A stretch of 64,000 nucleotides of DNA from a virus. The position numbers and the translations under genes were made by a program. The stretch lies in IMG/VR virus record IMGVR_UViG_3300045440_000165, positions 1-64,000 of that record; one strand, written 5' to 3'. The notes beneath the pieces were generated by a model that had not been told where the DNA came from, made no database searches, and worked only from the letters and a program-made list of their open reading frames with translations. Shown here piece by piece: positions 25,445 through 35,530 of the stretch (position 1 is the first letter of the stretch; each line of letters begins with the position of its first letter).

Positions 25445-26881
25445 TTGACAAAAGAACAAGCTCCTGTGTTCTCTCCCAGTTCAGAGTGCCATAGGATATT
25501 TCTAAACTGTAAGAGTAACTTTATCATATTTGGTGGTGGCGCGGGGTGCGGGAAAACGCATCAAGCCCTAATGCTCATCTTGAAATATAAAGATGATCCT
25601 AATTTCAGAGCTGTATTCATCCGAGAAACATCTACGCAGCTATCACAAGCGGGTGGTTTGTTCCAAGAAGCACAAGCTATGTGGAAATATTTTGGCGCGG
25701 TATTTAAATACATGCCAAATATGAGTGCCACATTTCCTTCAGGTGCTCAAGTACAGTTTAAAGTGTGCGGTGCTGATAGAGATATTTCAAACTACGACGG
25801 TGGACAATACTCATTAGTAATTTTTGATGAAGCTCAAAACCACTCAGAAGTGCAGGTACGTTATCTAGAATCTCGTATCCGCTCTAAAGCTAAAGGCCCA
25901 CACCAGTTAATAGCAACATGTAATCCAAAGTTTAATTCTTGGCTATTGCCATTTGTTCATCCTTACCTAGATCCTGATTCTGGTATTCCTAATCCGGATA
26001 TGTTCGCTAAGGAAATGTACTATGGCTCCTACGGCGGTAAGATAGTAATTGGCAGATCAAAAGAAGAGCTAATAGCTCAATATCCAGATATAAGCTGCCA
26101 AAGTTATACCTTCATTGCAGCTACAATCGCAGATAATCCTATCATGCGAAAGCTCAACCCAGAGTATGTAAAACGACTTGAAGGCTTGAAGCGAGTAGAA
26201 AGAGAACGATTATTATTAGGCTCATGGTTTGCTAAAGAAAACAATTCATCCTACTTTAAACGAGATTGGGTAGAAATAATAGACAAGCCTCCTACTAATG
26301 CAGCTATGCGCGTTAGAGGTATGGACTTTGCAGCAACACTCCCATCGGAGAGTAATCCTAATCCAGACTGGACAGCTTCTGTTCTAGTTAGTAGAACTCC
26401 AGACTTCTATGTTATCGAGCATGTCGAGCGCTACAGGAAACTTACTAACAGCGTTCTTGAACATATTGTAGAGACAGCTAAAGCTGATAGAGGGTACTCA
26501 GGTGATGTACCTGTCTATTTCCCTAGAGATCCCGGCGCTGCTGGTGCTCAGTCTAGCATGTTTTTTATTAAATATCTAGTGGAACATGGGGTGATAGCCA
26601 AAGCTGAAAAAAGCTCAGGGCATTCGGGTAAGTTATCTAGAGCACAGCCATTCTTAAGCTTATGTGAAGCTGGCTTGGTTAAGGTTGTTAAAGGAGATTG
26701 GAACGCTGATTTCTTTAACGAGCTAGAAGAATATGTAGATGGTAAGCGAGGACAGAAAGATGATATGTGGGATGCTTGTGCTACAGCGTTTAAAGCTGTT
26801 ATGAAGCAGAATACATTACCTTCATTTTCACTACCTTCTGGTATGACTCAAGCTAGTCCTATACCAACTATACATGGATAG
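25445..26881 (+). CDS. terL: terminase large subunit
   Basis: GGGAGCGKT Walker A, IFDEA Walker B, ATCNP, RGMDFAAT nuclease motif, KDDMWDA. Confidence 0.95.
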   Translation: MTKEQAPVFSPSSECHRIFLNCKSNFIIFGGGAGCGKTHQALMLILKYKDDPNFRAVFIRETSTQLSQAGGLFQEAQAMWKYFGAVFKYMPNMSATFPSGAQVQFKVCGADRDISNYDGGQYSLVIFDEAQNHSEVQVRYLESRIRSKAKGPHQLIATCNPKFNSWLLPFVHPYLDPDSGIPNPDMFAKEMYYGSYGGKIVIGRSKEELIAQYPDISCQSYTFIAATIADNPIMRKLNPEYVKRLEGLKRVERERLLLGSWFAKENNSSYFKRDWVEIIDKPPTNAAMRVRGMDFAATLPSESNPNPDWTASVLVSRTPDFYVIEHVERYRKLTNSVLEHIVETAKADRGYSGDVPVYFPRDPGAAGAQSSMFFIKYLVEHGVIAKAEKSSGHSGKLSRAQPFLSLCEAGLVKVVKGDWNADFFNELEEYVDGKRGQKDDMWDACATAFKAVMKQNTLPSFSLPSGMTQASPIPTIHG

Positions 26882-26894
26882 AAATGTGTAGTAT

Positions 26895-26923
26895 TTGACA
26901 TATAATGTTGCCTATGTTATACT
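26895..26923 (+). promoter_or_regulatory. promoter upstream of the portal gene
   Basis: TTGACA-17-TATACT with extended TGn. Confidence 0.75.
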
Positions 26924-26968
26924 TCAGAAATTCGAAATAATTGCAACAATACAATATAAGGGTGTTTT

Positions 26969-28474
26969 ATGGCTAGAAAAGCCCAATCGAAAGATAATGC
27001 GGCTAATTTGGCTGCAGATGCCGATGCCAGTATTCCACGAATATCTCTAGGAGAGACAGGCTTCACTGGGCTACGTGTCACTAACAAGCAGATAGTAGAA
27101 GAGTCTAACAGAGTATTCAGATACCCTAGCACGCTTAAAGTGGTATCTGAGATGAAAGTAGATCCCACTGTAGCTGCAGCTCTAAATATCTATAAAATAA
27201 TGATAGGCCGAGTTAAGTGGACTGTCAAGCCACCTGAAGATGCAACAGATAAAGAAATTGCTAGAGCTAAGTTTGTAGAGTCTTGCATGGATGACATGGA
27301 TAGCACTTGGAATAACTTTATTAGTGAAGTTACTTCATATCTACCTTATGGATTTGCAGTCATTGAAAAAGTGATGCGACGCAGGCTTAAGCGCAATGGT
27401 AGTAAATTTAACGATGGGCTTGTAGGTCTTGCAAAGCTAGCTCCTCGTGGTCAGGATACAATTAAAAATTGGTATTTCTCCCCTGACGGACGAGAGTTTC
27501 TTGGAGTGGGGCAGTCAATTGCTAATCTAGAAAATAGCTACAGATATGTCAATGTCACTAATGCTGAAGATGGATTAGTAACTATCCCACGCGAGAAGTT
27601 TCTATTATTTTGCGCAGATAGTGAAAAAGATAATCCTCAAGGCAGATCAATTCTAAAATCCGTATATCTCCCTTACAAGCAACTCACCTTACTAAAAGAT
27701 CAGTTGATGCTAGGTGTTAGTAAAGATTTACAAGGGATTCCAAAAGTTGGTATGCCAGTTAAGTATTTTGACACCAACGCTAGCGCAGAAGACAGAGCCG
27801 TATATCAAGGATTTAAAGACATTGTAGATGGATTAGCTGCAGGTACTAGAAGCGGAATTATGTATCCGCTAATATTCGATGAGATTTCAAAGCAGCCTTT
27901 ATTCTCTGTAGACTTGCTAGAAGCTAAGGGTGGTAAAGCTTTTGATATTCCGGGCATTATTAAGTCTCTCCAGAATGACATTCTAACAGCTCTTAATGTA
28001 GATATTATCAAACTTGGTAGCGATTCAAAAGGTAGTTTTAGTCTTGCAGATAGCAAAGAAAATCTGTTAGCTATGGCACTAGAGTTTAGGTTACAAGAAA
28101 TTCGTGCTGTGCTTAATAAAGATTTGATGGTTGATCTATTCCGTCGTAATGGTTGGGATATAGAAAGATTACCAACATTTGAATTTGGTGATCTTGTAGA
28201 CATCGATACAGAAGCTTTCTCCAAGTTAATTCAACGTTGTGCTAGTGTAGGTCTTGTCAATGCAGATAAAGATATTATTAATAAAGTGCGTGAAGTTATT
28301 GGCGTACCTATTATACCAGAAGATCAAGAAATAGACAGAGATACGTTAATAGGCTCTACAAGCAGATCTGGAGACGGAATGGCTGCAGGTAAATCTGGTA
28401 ATGGTACATCGGATATTGGTGGAGATAGTAATAAGCAAGATGCTTCTGCTGCAAATGCAGACAATAAAGCCTAA
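26969..28474 (+). CDS. portal protein
   Basis: 501 aa directly after terL; NPQGRSIL and GSFSLAD portal motifs. Confidence 0.9.
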   Translation: MARKAQSKDNAANLAADADASIPRISLGETGFTGLRVTNKQIVEESNRVFRYPSTLKVVSEMKVDPTVAAALNIYKIMIGRVKWTVKPPEDATDKEIARAKFVESCMDDMDSTWNNFISEVTSYLPYGFAVIEKVMRRRLKRNGSKFNDGLVGLAKLAPRGQDTIKNWYFSPDGREFLGVGQSIANLENSYRYVNVTNAEDGLVTIPREKFLLFCADSEKDNPQGRSILKSVYLPYKQLTLLKDQLMLGVSKDLQGIPKVGMPVKYFDTNASAEDRAVYQGFKDIVDGLAAGTRSGIMYPLIFDEISKQPLFSVDLLEAKGGKAFDIPGIIKSLQNDILTALNVDIIKLGSDSKGSFSLADSKENLLAMALEFRLQEIRAVLNKDLMVDLFRRNGWDIERLPTFEFGDLVDIDTEAFSKLIQRCASVGLVNADKDIINKVREVIGVPIIPEDQEIDRDTLIGSTSRSGDGMAAGKSGNGTSDIGGDSNKQDASAANADNKA

Positions 28475-28486
28475 TAAGGATATTTA

Positions 28487-29341
28487 ATGAGTAAAAAACT
28501 ATTAAGGCTTACAGAAGCTTTGTATTCTCAGCCACATTTAATTTCGCAAACAGGGTTTAATACAATTAGTCAATACCTCAGCAATCGTAACAGGTTTGGC
28601 TTAATGAATCCATCGGGGAATATGCTCAACGAGGAAGATGACACTCCAGAGGATTTAGATGATTTCTCTGTAGAGCTTGGCATCGGAGTTGTGCAAGTAC
28701 AAGGAGCTTTAACATATAAACCTGTTAATAGTATGTGTGCTGATGTTGGTTGCAGCTACGAAGACATCTTAGAGCAAGTTGGGGAAATGATTGACGCTGG
28801 TGTAAAGACTATCGTTTTCAATTGTGACTCTCCCGGTGGTGAAGGATACGGTGCATTTGAATGTGCTGATGAAATTCGTAAGATGTGTGATGCAACTGGT
28901 GTATACACAATAGCTTATAACGATGGATGTATGGCTTCAGCTTGCTACGCGTTAGCTTGTCAATGTGATGAAGTAGTATCAAATCCAGCAGCAGAAACTG
29001 GCAGCATTGGTGTCTTGATAGCTTTGCACAATGATAGCAAGATGTTAGAAGAAATGGGAATAGCTCGCAGCTTTATCTCTGCAGGAGAACAGAAGATTCC
29101 TTTCACGGAAGACGGAGCTTGGAAGCCAGAGTTTATTGCAGATTTACAAAATAAAGTAGATACAATGTATCAATCATTCTGTGAGCATGTATCTAAGTAC
29201 ACAGGACTTTCTGTTGACAGTATCAGAAGTACGCAAGCTAAATGTTTTCTTGCTGATGATGCTTTAGCGTTAGGGTTAGTAAACAGTGTGATGACACGTT
29301 CTGCTTTTGTTGAATACATCTTATCAAAACAGAATAAATAG
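28487..29341 (+). CDS. S49-family prohead protease
   Basis: DSPGGE, MASACYALA and GSIGV. Confidence 0.92.
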   Translation: MSKKLLRLTEALYSQPHLISQTGFNTISQYLSNRNRFGLMNPSGNMLNEEDDTPEDLDDFSVELGIGVVQVQGALTYKPVNSMCADVGCSYEDILEQVGEMIDAGVKTIVFNCDSPGGEGYGAFECADEIRKMCDATGVYTIAYNDGCMASACYALACQCDEVVSNPAAETGSIGVLIALHNDSKMLEEMGIARSFISAGEQKIPFTEDGAWKPEFIADLQNKVDTMYQSFCEHVSKYTGLSVDSIRSTQAKCFLADDALALGLVNSVMTRSAFVEYILSKQNK

Positions 29342-29349
29342 GAGTAGGA

Positions 29350-29892
29350 ATGTTAGACAAATTAAAAAAAGCAGCTAAACAAGTTTTCAATACACAAACG
29401 GATGAAGTTATGCCAATTTTAGCAGAAGTAGTTAAGGAAGATATTAAACTAGATTTTGATGGTATGCAAGCAGAACTTTCAAATCTTAAATCTTCTTACG
29501 AATCTCAAACTTCCGTTCTCGGAAAATTAACAGAAGAGTTTTCAAAGCTGCAAGCAGAGGCTAGTAATTACAAGCAAGAGTTGGATGCGGCTTTAGGTCT
29601 TGTAGCATCTTTGCAAAAAGAAAACAAAGATGCAAAGATGTCAGCTAGGAAGTCTGCAGTTGAAGCATCTATTGGTACAGAAAAAGCTGATGCATTCTTA
29701 GCAGCAACAGAAGGCTTGGATGACGAAGCATTTACCGCTATTGCAACTGCTCTAGCAAGCTCTATGGAAGTGGAAGCTAATTCTCCCATGTTCAAAGAAG
29801 TTGGTGTCACAGGTAAGACAGAGAGTGAACATTTAGCTAATGAAGAAACACCAGAAATGAAAATCCTCAAGAAAAAGTATCCCAAGAAGTAG
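29350..29892 (+). CDS. capsid scaffolding protein
   Basis: acidic coiled coil between protease and capsid genes. Confidence 0.7.
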   Translation: MLDKLKKAAKQVFNTQTDEVMPILAEVVKEDIKLDFDGMQAELSNLKSSYESQTSVLGKLTEEFSKLQAEASNYKQELDAALGLVASLQKENKDAKMSARKSAVEASIGTEKADAFLAATEGLDDEAFTAIATALASSMEVEANSPMFKEVGVTGKTESEHLANEETPEMKILKKKYPKK

Positions 29893-29932
29893 TAAGAATA
29901 TTATCAAGAAGTTAAATTAAAAGGAATATAAA

Positions 29933-30625
29933 ATGAGCGTAATTGCTACAAGCACTAATGTTTTCTCAACTGTTATCAAGCACGAATATGAGCCAAGCGT
30001 AGGTTTTTGCCGCGAAGCTGTCACCGTGTATGATTCAGCTAGCACTTTCACACCGGGATCTGTTCTTGGTCGTTTCTTGGCAAGCCCTGTTTGCACTCCA
30101 GCAGCAGTAGTAGGTACTGGTAACGGTAGTATCGGCACTGTCACAGGTACAGGTAAAGCTATTGTTGGTACTTACACATTGCGTATCGTGTTGGCAGCAG
30201 CTAATGCAGGTAACTTCGAATTGTTCAACCCTAATGGTGTATTGGTTGGCGTAGGTACTGTAGGTACAGCATTCGTATCTCCAGACATGACTTTCACTTT
30301 AGCCGATGGTTCCACAGACTTTGCTCTCGGTGACACTATTGCTATCGCTGTAACTGGCACCTACAAATACAAACTTGTAGAAGCTACTGCAACTGATGGC
30401 ACAGCCGTTGCTGCAGGTATTTATATTGCTGATGCGTTGGGTAATTCTGGTGATGTAGCTATTGCAGCTAACACAGATACCACTGTCTTGGCAATCGTTC
30501 GTGGCCCTGTTGTGTACTCAAAAGATGAGCTTTCTTTCGGAGCTTCTGTTGATACCACTGCAGAGAAGAATAAAGCGTATGCAGAATTGGCGGCTCTTGG
30601 TATTGTTGCTGCTACCACAGCCTAA
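29933..30625 (+). CDS. head decoration protein
   Basis: precedes MCP; REAVT...GSVLG and IVRGP...LAALGI; internal GTGNG...DFALGD insert. Confidence 0.8.
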   Translation: MSVIATSTNVFSTVIKHEYEPSVGFCREAVTVYDSASTFTPGSVLGRFLASPVCTPAAVVGTGNGSIGTVTGTGKAIVGTYTLRIVLAAANAGNFELFNPNGVLVGVGTVGTAFVSPDMTFTLADGSTDFALGDTIAIAVTGTYKYKLVEATATDGTAVAAGIYIADALGNSGDVAIAANTDTTVLAIVRGPVVYSKDELSFGASVDTTAEKNKAYAELAALGIVAATTA

Positions 30626-30660
30626 TTAACAATACTATAATAAATAAATAAGGAAATATT

Positions 30661-31686
30661 ATGATCGTCAGAAGTTTTGCTAATGGTTTTGAGCTACAAG
30701 ATTGGACACAAGAAGTAAATGTTATCCCTAACACATGGGGTACTATTGGACAACTTGGTATTTTTGATGTAGAGCCTGTAGCCGAGCATACAGTGGTATT
30801 TGAAGAAATCATCAAGAACGGCGCATTGATTGTTGATCGTGTGCGTGGTGATCGTGGTAGCGTAGGTAAGGATGCTGTTCGTAAGCTTCACTCTTTCGCT
30901 GTACCTCACTTCCCATATGATGACTACATCTCTCCAAGTGATTTGCAAGGTAAGCGTGCTTATGGTTCTGCTTCTGATGCCGAAACACTTGAGAATGTCC
31001 GTACTCGTAAGATGGAAATCGCTCGCCGTAACCATGCTATGACTCTTGAAGCTGCTCGTGCTCAAGCTATCGTTGCTGGCACTGTATATGCTCCAAGTGG
31101 CACTGTATCACAAAACTGGTTTACTGAGTTTGGCAAGACACAAACTTCTGTAGATTTCTTGTTTGGTACATCTACTACCGAAGTTATGGGTAAGATTGAA
31201 ACTGGCCTTGCTGCAATTCAAGACAATGCTGGTAGCTCAACGTCTATGTCTGGTGTAGTTGCTTTGTGTTCCCCAACATGGTTTGCTAAGTTGATTTCTC
31301 ATGCAACTACTAAAACCGCATATTCTTCGTACTCAAGTATGCAAGAGCCATTGCGCCAACGTCTAGCTGCTGGTGGTAGTGCTACAGTGTTGCGTCGTGA
31401 ATTCTATCATGGTGGTGTGCTCTTTATCGAAATGCGTGATGCGTATAACGGTACTCAGTTGATCACTGCAGGTAAAGCTTACATGTTGCCACAAGGTACA
31501 GATGCATTTAAGACATACTTCTCTCCAGCAAATCGCTTTGGCTTGACTAACACATTGGGCGAAGAAGTTTACATGTTTGAACATGCAGATCTACGTGGCA
31601 CAAAGATTGAGATCGAAACTGAATCTAACTTTGTTAACGCTTTGCTCCGTCCTGAGTTGGTAATCGAGTTGACAAGCTCTAACTAA
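30661..31686 (+). CDS. major capsid protein (lambda gpE-like)
   Basis: 341 aa; VIPNTWG, VPHFPYDD, ETESNF...RPELV; followed by a terminator. Confidence 0.92.
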   Translation: MIVRSFANGFELQDWTQEVNVIPNTWGTIGQLGIFDVEPVAEHTVVFEEIIKNGALIVDRVRGDRGSVGKDAVRKLHSFAVPHFPYDDYISPSDLQGKRAYGSASDAETLENVRTRKMEIARRNHAMTLEAARAQAIVAGTVYAPSGTVSQNWFTEFGKTQTSVDFLFGTSTTEVMGKIETGLAAIQDNAGSSTSMSGVVALCSPTWFAKLISHATTKTAYSSYSSMQEPLRQRLAAGGSATVLRREFYHGGVLFIEMRDAYNGTQLITAGKAYMLPQGTDAFKTYFSPANRFGLTNTLGEEVYMFEHADLRGTKIEIETESNFVNALLRPELVIELTSSN

Positions 31687-31707
31687 TCTTAATAAGTTAG
31701 TAAATTT

Positions 31708-31731
31708 AATAGCCCCTCTTGGGGCTGTTAT
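31708..31731 (+). terminator. hairpin terminator after MCP
   Basis: AATAGCCCC-TCTT-GGGGCTGTT. Confidence 0.65.
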
Positions 31732-31785
31732 TTAAAGCCATTTACAATATCGTAGATAGCTTTAAATAATATCAGGAGAAGTAGA

Positions 31786-32226
31786 ATGGCAAATATTGAC
31801 CCTACAACAAGTATTGGGAAACTAAGACTACGTTGTGGCGATTTCATGGACATACCTATAATGCCAGACTCCGTATATCAGTCTGCATTAGATGACAACG
31901 ATGGCAATCTACCTAGAGCTTCTATTCTGATGGCTCAGTATATTTTGGCTAGCCTCACATGCCAAGTACGTCAGAAACTGGCTCAAGTGGAAGTGTATGG
32001 GGATCAATGGTATTCACAATACTTATCATTTATTAAAGCAACATTGTTAAATCCTAACTTCATGCAGATAGCCCCAATACCTTATGGCGCTGGTATCACT
32101 GTAACACACCCTCTGCAGCAATTTCAAGAGGATTGGAATAATAATTACTCAAGTGGTACTCAATCGCAAGATATGAATCTATCCGCTATAGGGGGATTTA
32201 CAGATGGCACAAATTACGGCTATTAA
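31786..32226 (+). CDS. head-tail adaptor
   Basis: position after MCP; KLRLRCGD motif. Confidence 0.7.
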   Translation: MANIDPTTSIGKLRLRCGDFMDIPIMPDSVYQSALDDNDGNLPRASILMAQYILASLTCQVRQKLAQVEVYGDQWYSQYLSFIKATLLNPNFMQIAPIPYGAGITVTHPLQQFQEDWNNNYSSGTQSQDMNLSAIGGFTDGTNYGY

Positions 32227-32614
32227 CCAATTGGATAGAGTTGTTACCAATCTGATGAATAGATACGGAGTTGCTGCAAAAGTGTTAGTAGCTGGCAATC
32301 CTGTTTATGACCATGATACTCAAACTGTAACTTCAACAGATGTTGAATATACAATAAATGCTATGTTTTTCGATATGACACGGCAGATGAATGGTATTAG
32401 GGATATTGCTAATAGCTTGGTGCAAGAAGGTGACAAGCAAGTGTTTATTCAGCCTACAGAAAAAGCTAGTGTTGCATCGGCAGCAATGCCAATCCCGCAA
32501 GCCAATAAAGATAAAGTGCAAGTAGGGAACAAGATTTACAAGATAGTGACAGTGAAGCAACTAAATACAACAATGGACAATTGTATATTTTACGAATGTT
32601 ATTGCAGGGAATAA
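32204..32614 (+). CDS. head closure/stopper protein
   Basis: position; LVQEGDKQV and YKIVTVK. Confidence 0.7.
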   Translation: MAQITAINQLDRVVTNLMNRYGVAAKVLVAGNPVYDHDTQTVTSTDVEYTINAMFFDMTRQMNGIRDIANSLVQEGDKQVFIQPTEKASVASAAMPIPQANKDKVQVGNKIYKIVTVKQLNTTMDNCIFYECYCRE

Positions 32615-32639
32615 CTACTAGCGTAGTATAGTCGCTAAT

Positions 32640-32668
32640 TTGACAACATTATTTAGCAATGTTATAAT
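32640..32668 (+). promoter_or_regulatory. promoter of tail genes
   Basis: perfect TTGACA-17-TATAAT with extended TGn. Confidence 0.85.
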
Positions 32669-32686
32669 TCAAGTCAAAAGGGAAAT

Positions 32687-33121
32687 ATGGGATCTTTTAC
32701 AGCTTCCTTAGAGAAGAATATAAACAAGGCTTTAGCAGAAGTAAATGACAAGTGTTACATAATTGCATTCGATTTGTTTACTACAGTTGTTTCTCTATCC
32801 CCTACTCAACCTTCAGCTAAGTATGCTAAAGGGCATTTCATAAATAATTGGTTTTCTGCTGCCAATACTTACAACTTCTCCACCACACCAGCTATTAGCT
32901 ATGACGGTATGGCTAGTCTTTCTAACATTGCAGCTTTAAAAGCTACAAGAGTATTTCATGGGAATGATGGCTTTGTTAGCCTAAGCAACTCCCTAAGCTA
33001 TGCCAGAAATGTAGAGTATGACGGGTGGAAACAAAGTGAGAATCCAAGCTGGTCTGGCAACGTAGGGCCATATGCTCCTGTGAGAACAGCGTTACTAATG
33101 ACAGCACCAAAGTATAGGTAG
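32687..33121 (+). CDS. tail completion / HK97 gp10-like protein
   Basis: GHFINNW and SNSLSYARNVEYDG. Confidence 0.7.
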   Translation: MGSFTASLEKNINKALAEVNDKCYIIAFDLFTTVVSLSPTQPSAKYAKGHFINNWFSAANTYNFSTTPAISYDGMASLSNIAALKATRVFHGNDGFVSLSNSLSYARNVEYDGWKQSENPSWSGNVGPYAPVRTALLMTAPKYR

Positions 33122-33130
33122 GAATGGCAT

Positions 33131-33526
33131 ATGAGTATTAAGACAGAGCTACAAAAGAGGGTAACAGATTTTGCCACTGCTCAAAGCATCCCTGTAGCCT
33201 TACCAAATGTTCCTTTCACAAAACCTTCGATTTCAACAGGTAAGTTTTTAGAAGTAATATTTTTAGGATCTGTAACAATTAATCCAGATATAGGGGCAGT
33301 GAGTGAACGAGAAACTGGAGTTATGCAAATTAATGTATGCGTTCCTTTGGGGCAGGGTGACGGGATTGGCGATTCATTGGCAGCCAATATTAAAAACCTT
33401 TTTCCAGTAGTACCAAAGACAGGGACAGTGAGCATAGAACGCCCTGCAAATATAGCACAATCAATTACAAGAGAAGATGGTTGGAGAGTAATCCCTATCA
33501 GTATCTCTTATAGACAAGAACGTTAA
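33131..33526 (+). CDS. tail terminator
   Basis: PVALPNVPF, GVMQINVCVPLGQG and IPISISYR. Confidence 0.75.
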   Translation: MSIKTELQKRVTDFATAQSIPVALPNVPFTKPSISTGKFLEVIFLGSVTINPDIGAVSERETGVMQINVCVPLGQGDGIGDSLAANIKNLFPVVPKTGTVSIERPANIAQSITREDGWRVIPISISYRQER

Positions 33527-33548
33527 TTAACTCAAAAGGAAATGTAAT

Positions 33549-33902
33549 ATGGCAGTTATCACAGAAACAACAGTAACAGGCGTAAATGGCGTAGTTACTC
33601 TTGCTAGCACAACACTTGGAGCTAGCGACACATTGGTGTACTCCTCCGGCACAGGTCAATATTTGGAACTGAGTAATTCCACAGGTGGCTCTCTAACAGC
33701 AACTATCACAGGGTCTTCTGCTACTACTATTGCTCCAGATGGCTTAGGCGGTACAGTTTCTGTTGCTGGCGGCTATGCTATCACAGTAGCTGCAGGTGCT
33801 ACCAAGATTATTAAACTTGATAAAATTTCAGCATATCTTGCTGGTACTATTACTGTTACAGGTGCAGCAACCTTGACAGCTCGTTTGTTTGCTGCTAAAT
33901 AA
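33549..33902 (+). CDS. small tail-associated structural protein
   Basis: Thr/Gly-rich; lies between terminator and tube genes. Confidence 0.6.
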   Translation: MAVITETTVTGVNGVVTLASTTLGASDTLVYSSGTGQYLELSNSTGGSLTATITGSSATTIAPDGLGGTVSVAGGYAITVAAGATKIIKLDKISAYLAGTITVTGAATLTARLFAAK

Positions 33903-33915
33903 TAAGGAATTATAA

Positions 33916-34359
33916 ATGACTACTAACTCTTTTACAAGTGCTGGCTCAACTGTATCTATCTCTGCTGGTGTACCTGCAACAATTGACTCTGCTGGCTTTG
34001 GCGCTCTTACCTACACAGCTATTGGTGAAATCACTAGCGCTGGTGAATTCGGTAAATCTTTTACTCTCGTAACACACAACCCTCTTGGTGATCGTAACAC
34101 ATACAAGAAAAAAGGCTCCTCTAATAACGGTACTATGGCTTTGCAAATGGCTCGCGTACCTTCAGATGCAGGTCAAGTATTGTTGCTTGCAGCTCTTGCT
34201 TCAGATGCTAACTATGCATTTAAAGTTGTATTGCAGAATGGTACTATTGAATATTTCCAAGGTGTTGTGATGAAATATACAACTAACATTGGCTCTGTTA
34301 ATCAAATCACTGCTGCTGCTGTTGATATTGAAATTACTGGCGCTATCGTTGAAGTGTAA
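33916..34359 (+). CDS. major tail tube protein
   Basis: YTAIGEIT..GEFG...VTHNPL...KKKGS...DAGQ siphovirus tube pattern. Confidence 0.85.
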   Translation: MTTNSFTSAGSTVSISAGVPATIDSAGFGALTYTAIGEITSAGEFGKSFTLVTHNPLGDRNTYKKKGSSNNGTMALQMARVPSDAGQVLLLAALASDANYAFKVVLQNGTIEYFQGVVMKYTTNIGSVNQITAAAVDIEITGAIVEV

Positions 34360-34617
34360 TAACAAGTAGTGTAACGCAAGCGTAGCGTAATCCTAACGGA
34401 TTGTAACACAAAATGGAAGTGTAGCAAGAGGCACTTCCTTAAGTTTATTCGCTATTGCGTATGTATATTCGCTATTCGCAAATAGCATATGCACATATGC
34501 AATGGCAAATGAGTTTAAGGAAGGCTTCTAAGAATACCACGAAAGCCCTTAAATAGTCAAAGAACTATACTTGGCAGTAAACATTAATAACATATAAAAT
34601 ACTATAGGAACTCTACC

Positions 34618-35016
34618 ATGTTTGATTTAGCATCATTAGCACCAAAAGATACATTTGAATTGCAACTTCGTCACCCTGTAACAGAAGAATTGTTATTCGC
34701 AGATGAAGGTAAAACTAAACCTGTTGAGATTATTCTGTGGGGTACTAGCTCCAAAGCATATCGCAAAGCTCTCACCAATATGCAAAACCGTAATCTTAAG
34801 CGTAGCGATAAACAACGTACTGCTGAAGTGATGCGCGAAGAGGGTGTTGAGTTGCTTGTAGCTTGCTCACAAGGCGCTAAAAACCTTGCACTTAATGGCG
34901 TAGATATTAGCTCTGCAGATGACTTCCGTAAGTTGTATAGCGATGATAAATTTGATTGGCTTAAAGCGCAAGTAGATAAAGCTTTGGGTGATGTTTCAAA
35001 TTTTATTCAAGCGTAA
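34618..35016 (+). CDS. tail assembly chaperone (G)
   Basis: LRHPVTEELL; between tube and tape measure genes; ends at a slippery site. Confidence 0.85.
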   Translation: MFDLASLAPKDTFELQLRHPVTEELLFADEGKTKPVEIILWGTSSKAYRKALTNMQNRNLKRSDKQRTAEVMREEGVELLVACSQGAKNLALNGVDISSADDFRKLYSDDKFDWLKAQVDKALGDVSNFIQA

Positions 35017-35525
35017 CAGATGCATTAGTCTTAAGGGTACGGCAGTTAGCATGGTATTCTGCCATCCCTGAAGGACAAAAAGAAAGTAGATTAGAGTCTT
35101 TTAAGAATAGAATAAAAGCAAGAAGTAATAACCCAGACTCTAATCCAGACAATTTAGCAGAAGAAGTCCCTCAAGAGGCTCAAGAGATTCCATTACCGGA
35201 CATTCCGAACGGTGCTGAATATCTTGAGTCTTTTTTGTTTTCTGCTGGCACTGCTACGCAAACAGGGATGGGATTAGTACCGTTAAGCTGGACAGAGATA
35301 AAAGCATGGGCGGATTGTAGTGGATTTGCAGATACCGTATCTCCTTGGGAATTAATACTAATAAGAAAACTAAGTGAAGAATATTGTGCAGAATACCATA
35401 GAGCCTCAGATGTAAGAAGGCCGGAGCCATATCTTCCTGTTATAGAAAATGTAGAAGAAGTAAGAGATAAAGTAGCAAATCAATTAGCAAGCATATTTAG
35501 CGGCTATAAGAAGATAAAAGGATAA
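34998..35525 (+). CDS. -1 frameshift extension (T part of the G-T chaperone)
   Basis: in-frame A-AAT-TTT at 34998-35004; the -1 frame is open through track ORF 35235..35525 (PLSWTEIKAW). Confidence 0.85.
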   Translation, partial: KFYSSVTDALVLRVRQLAWYSAIPEGQKESRLESFKNRIKARSNNPDSNPDNLAEEVPQEAQEIPLPDIPNGAEYLESFLFSAGTATQTGMGLVPLSWTEIKAWADCSGFADTVSPWELILIRKLSEEYCAEYHRASDVRRPEPYLPVIENVEEVRDKVANQLASIFSGYKKIKG

Positions 35526-35530
35526 TAGGT

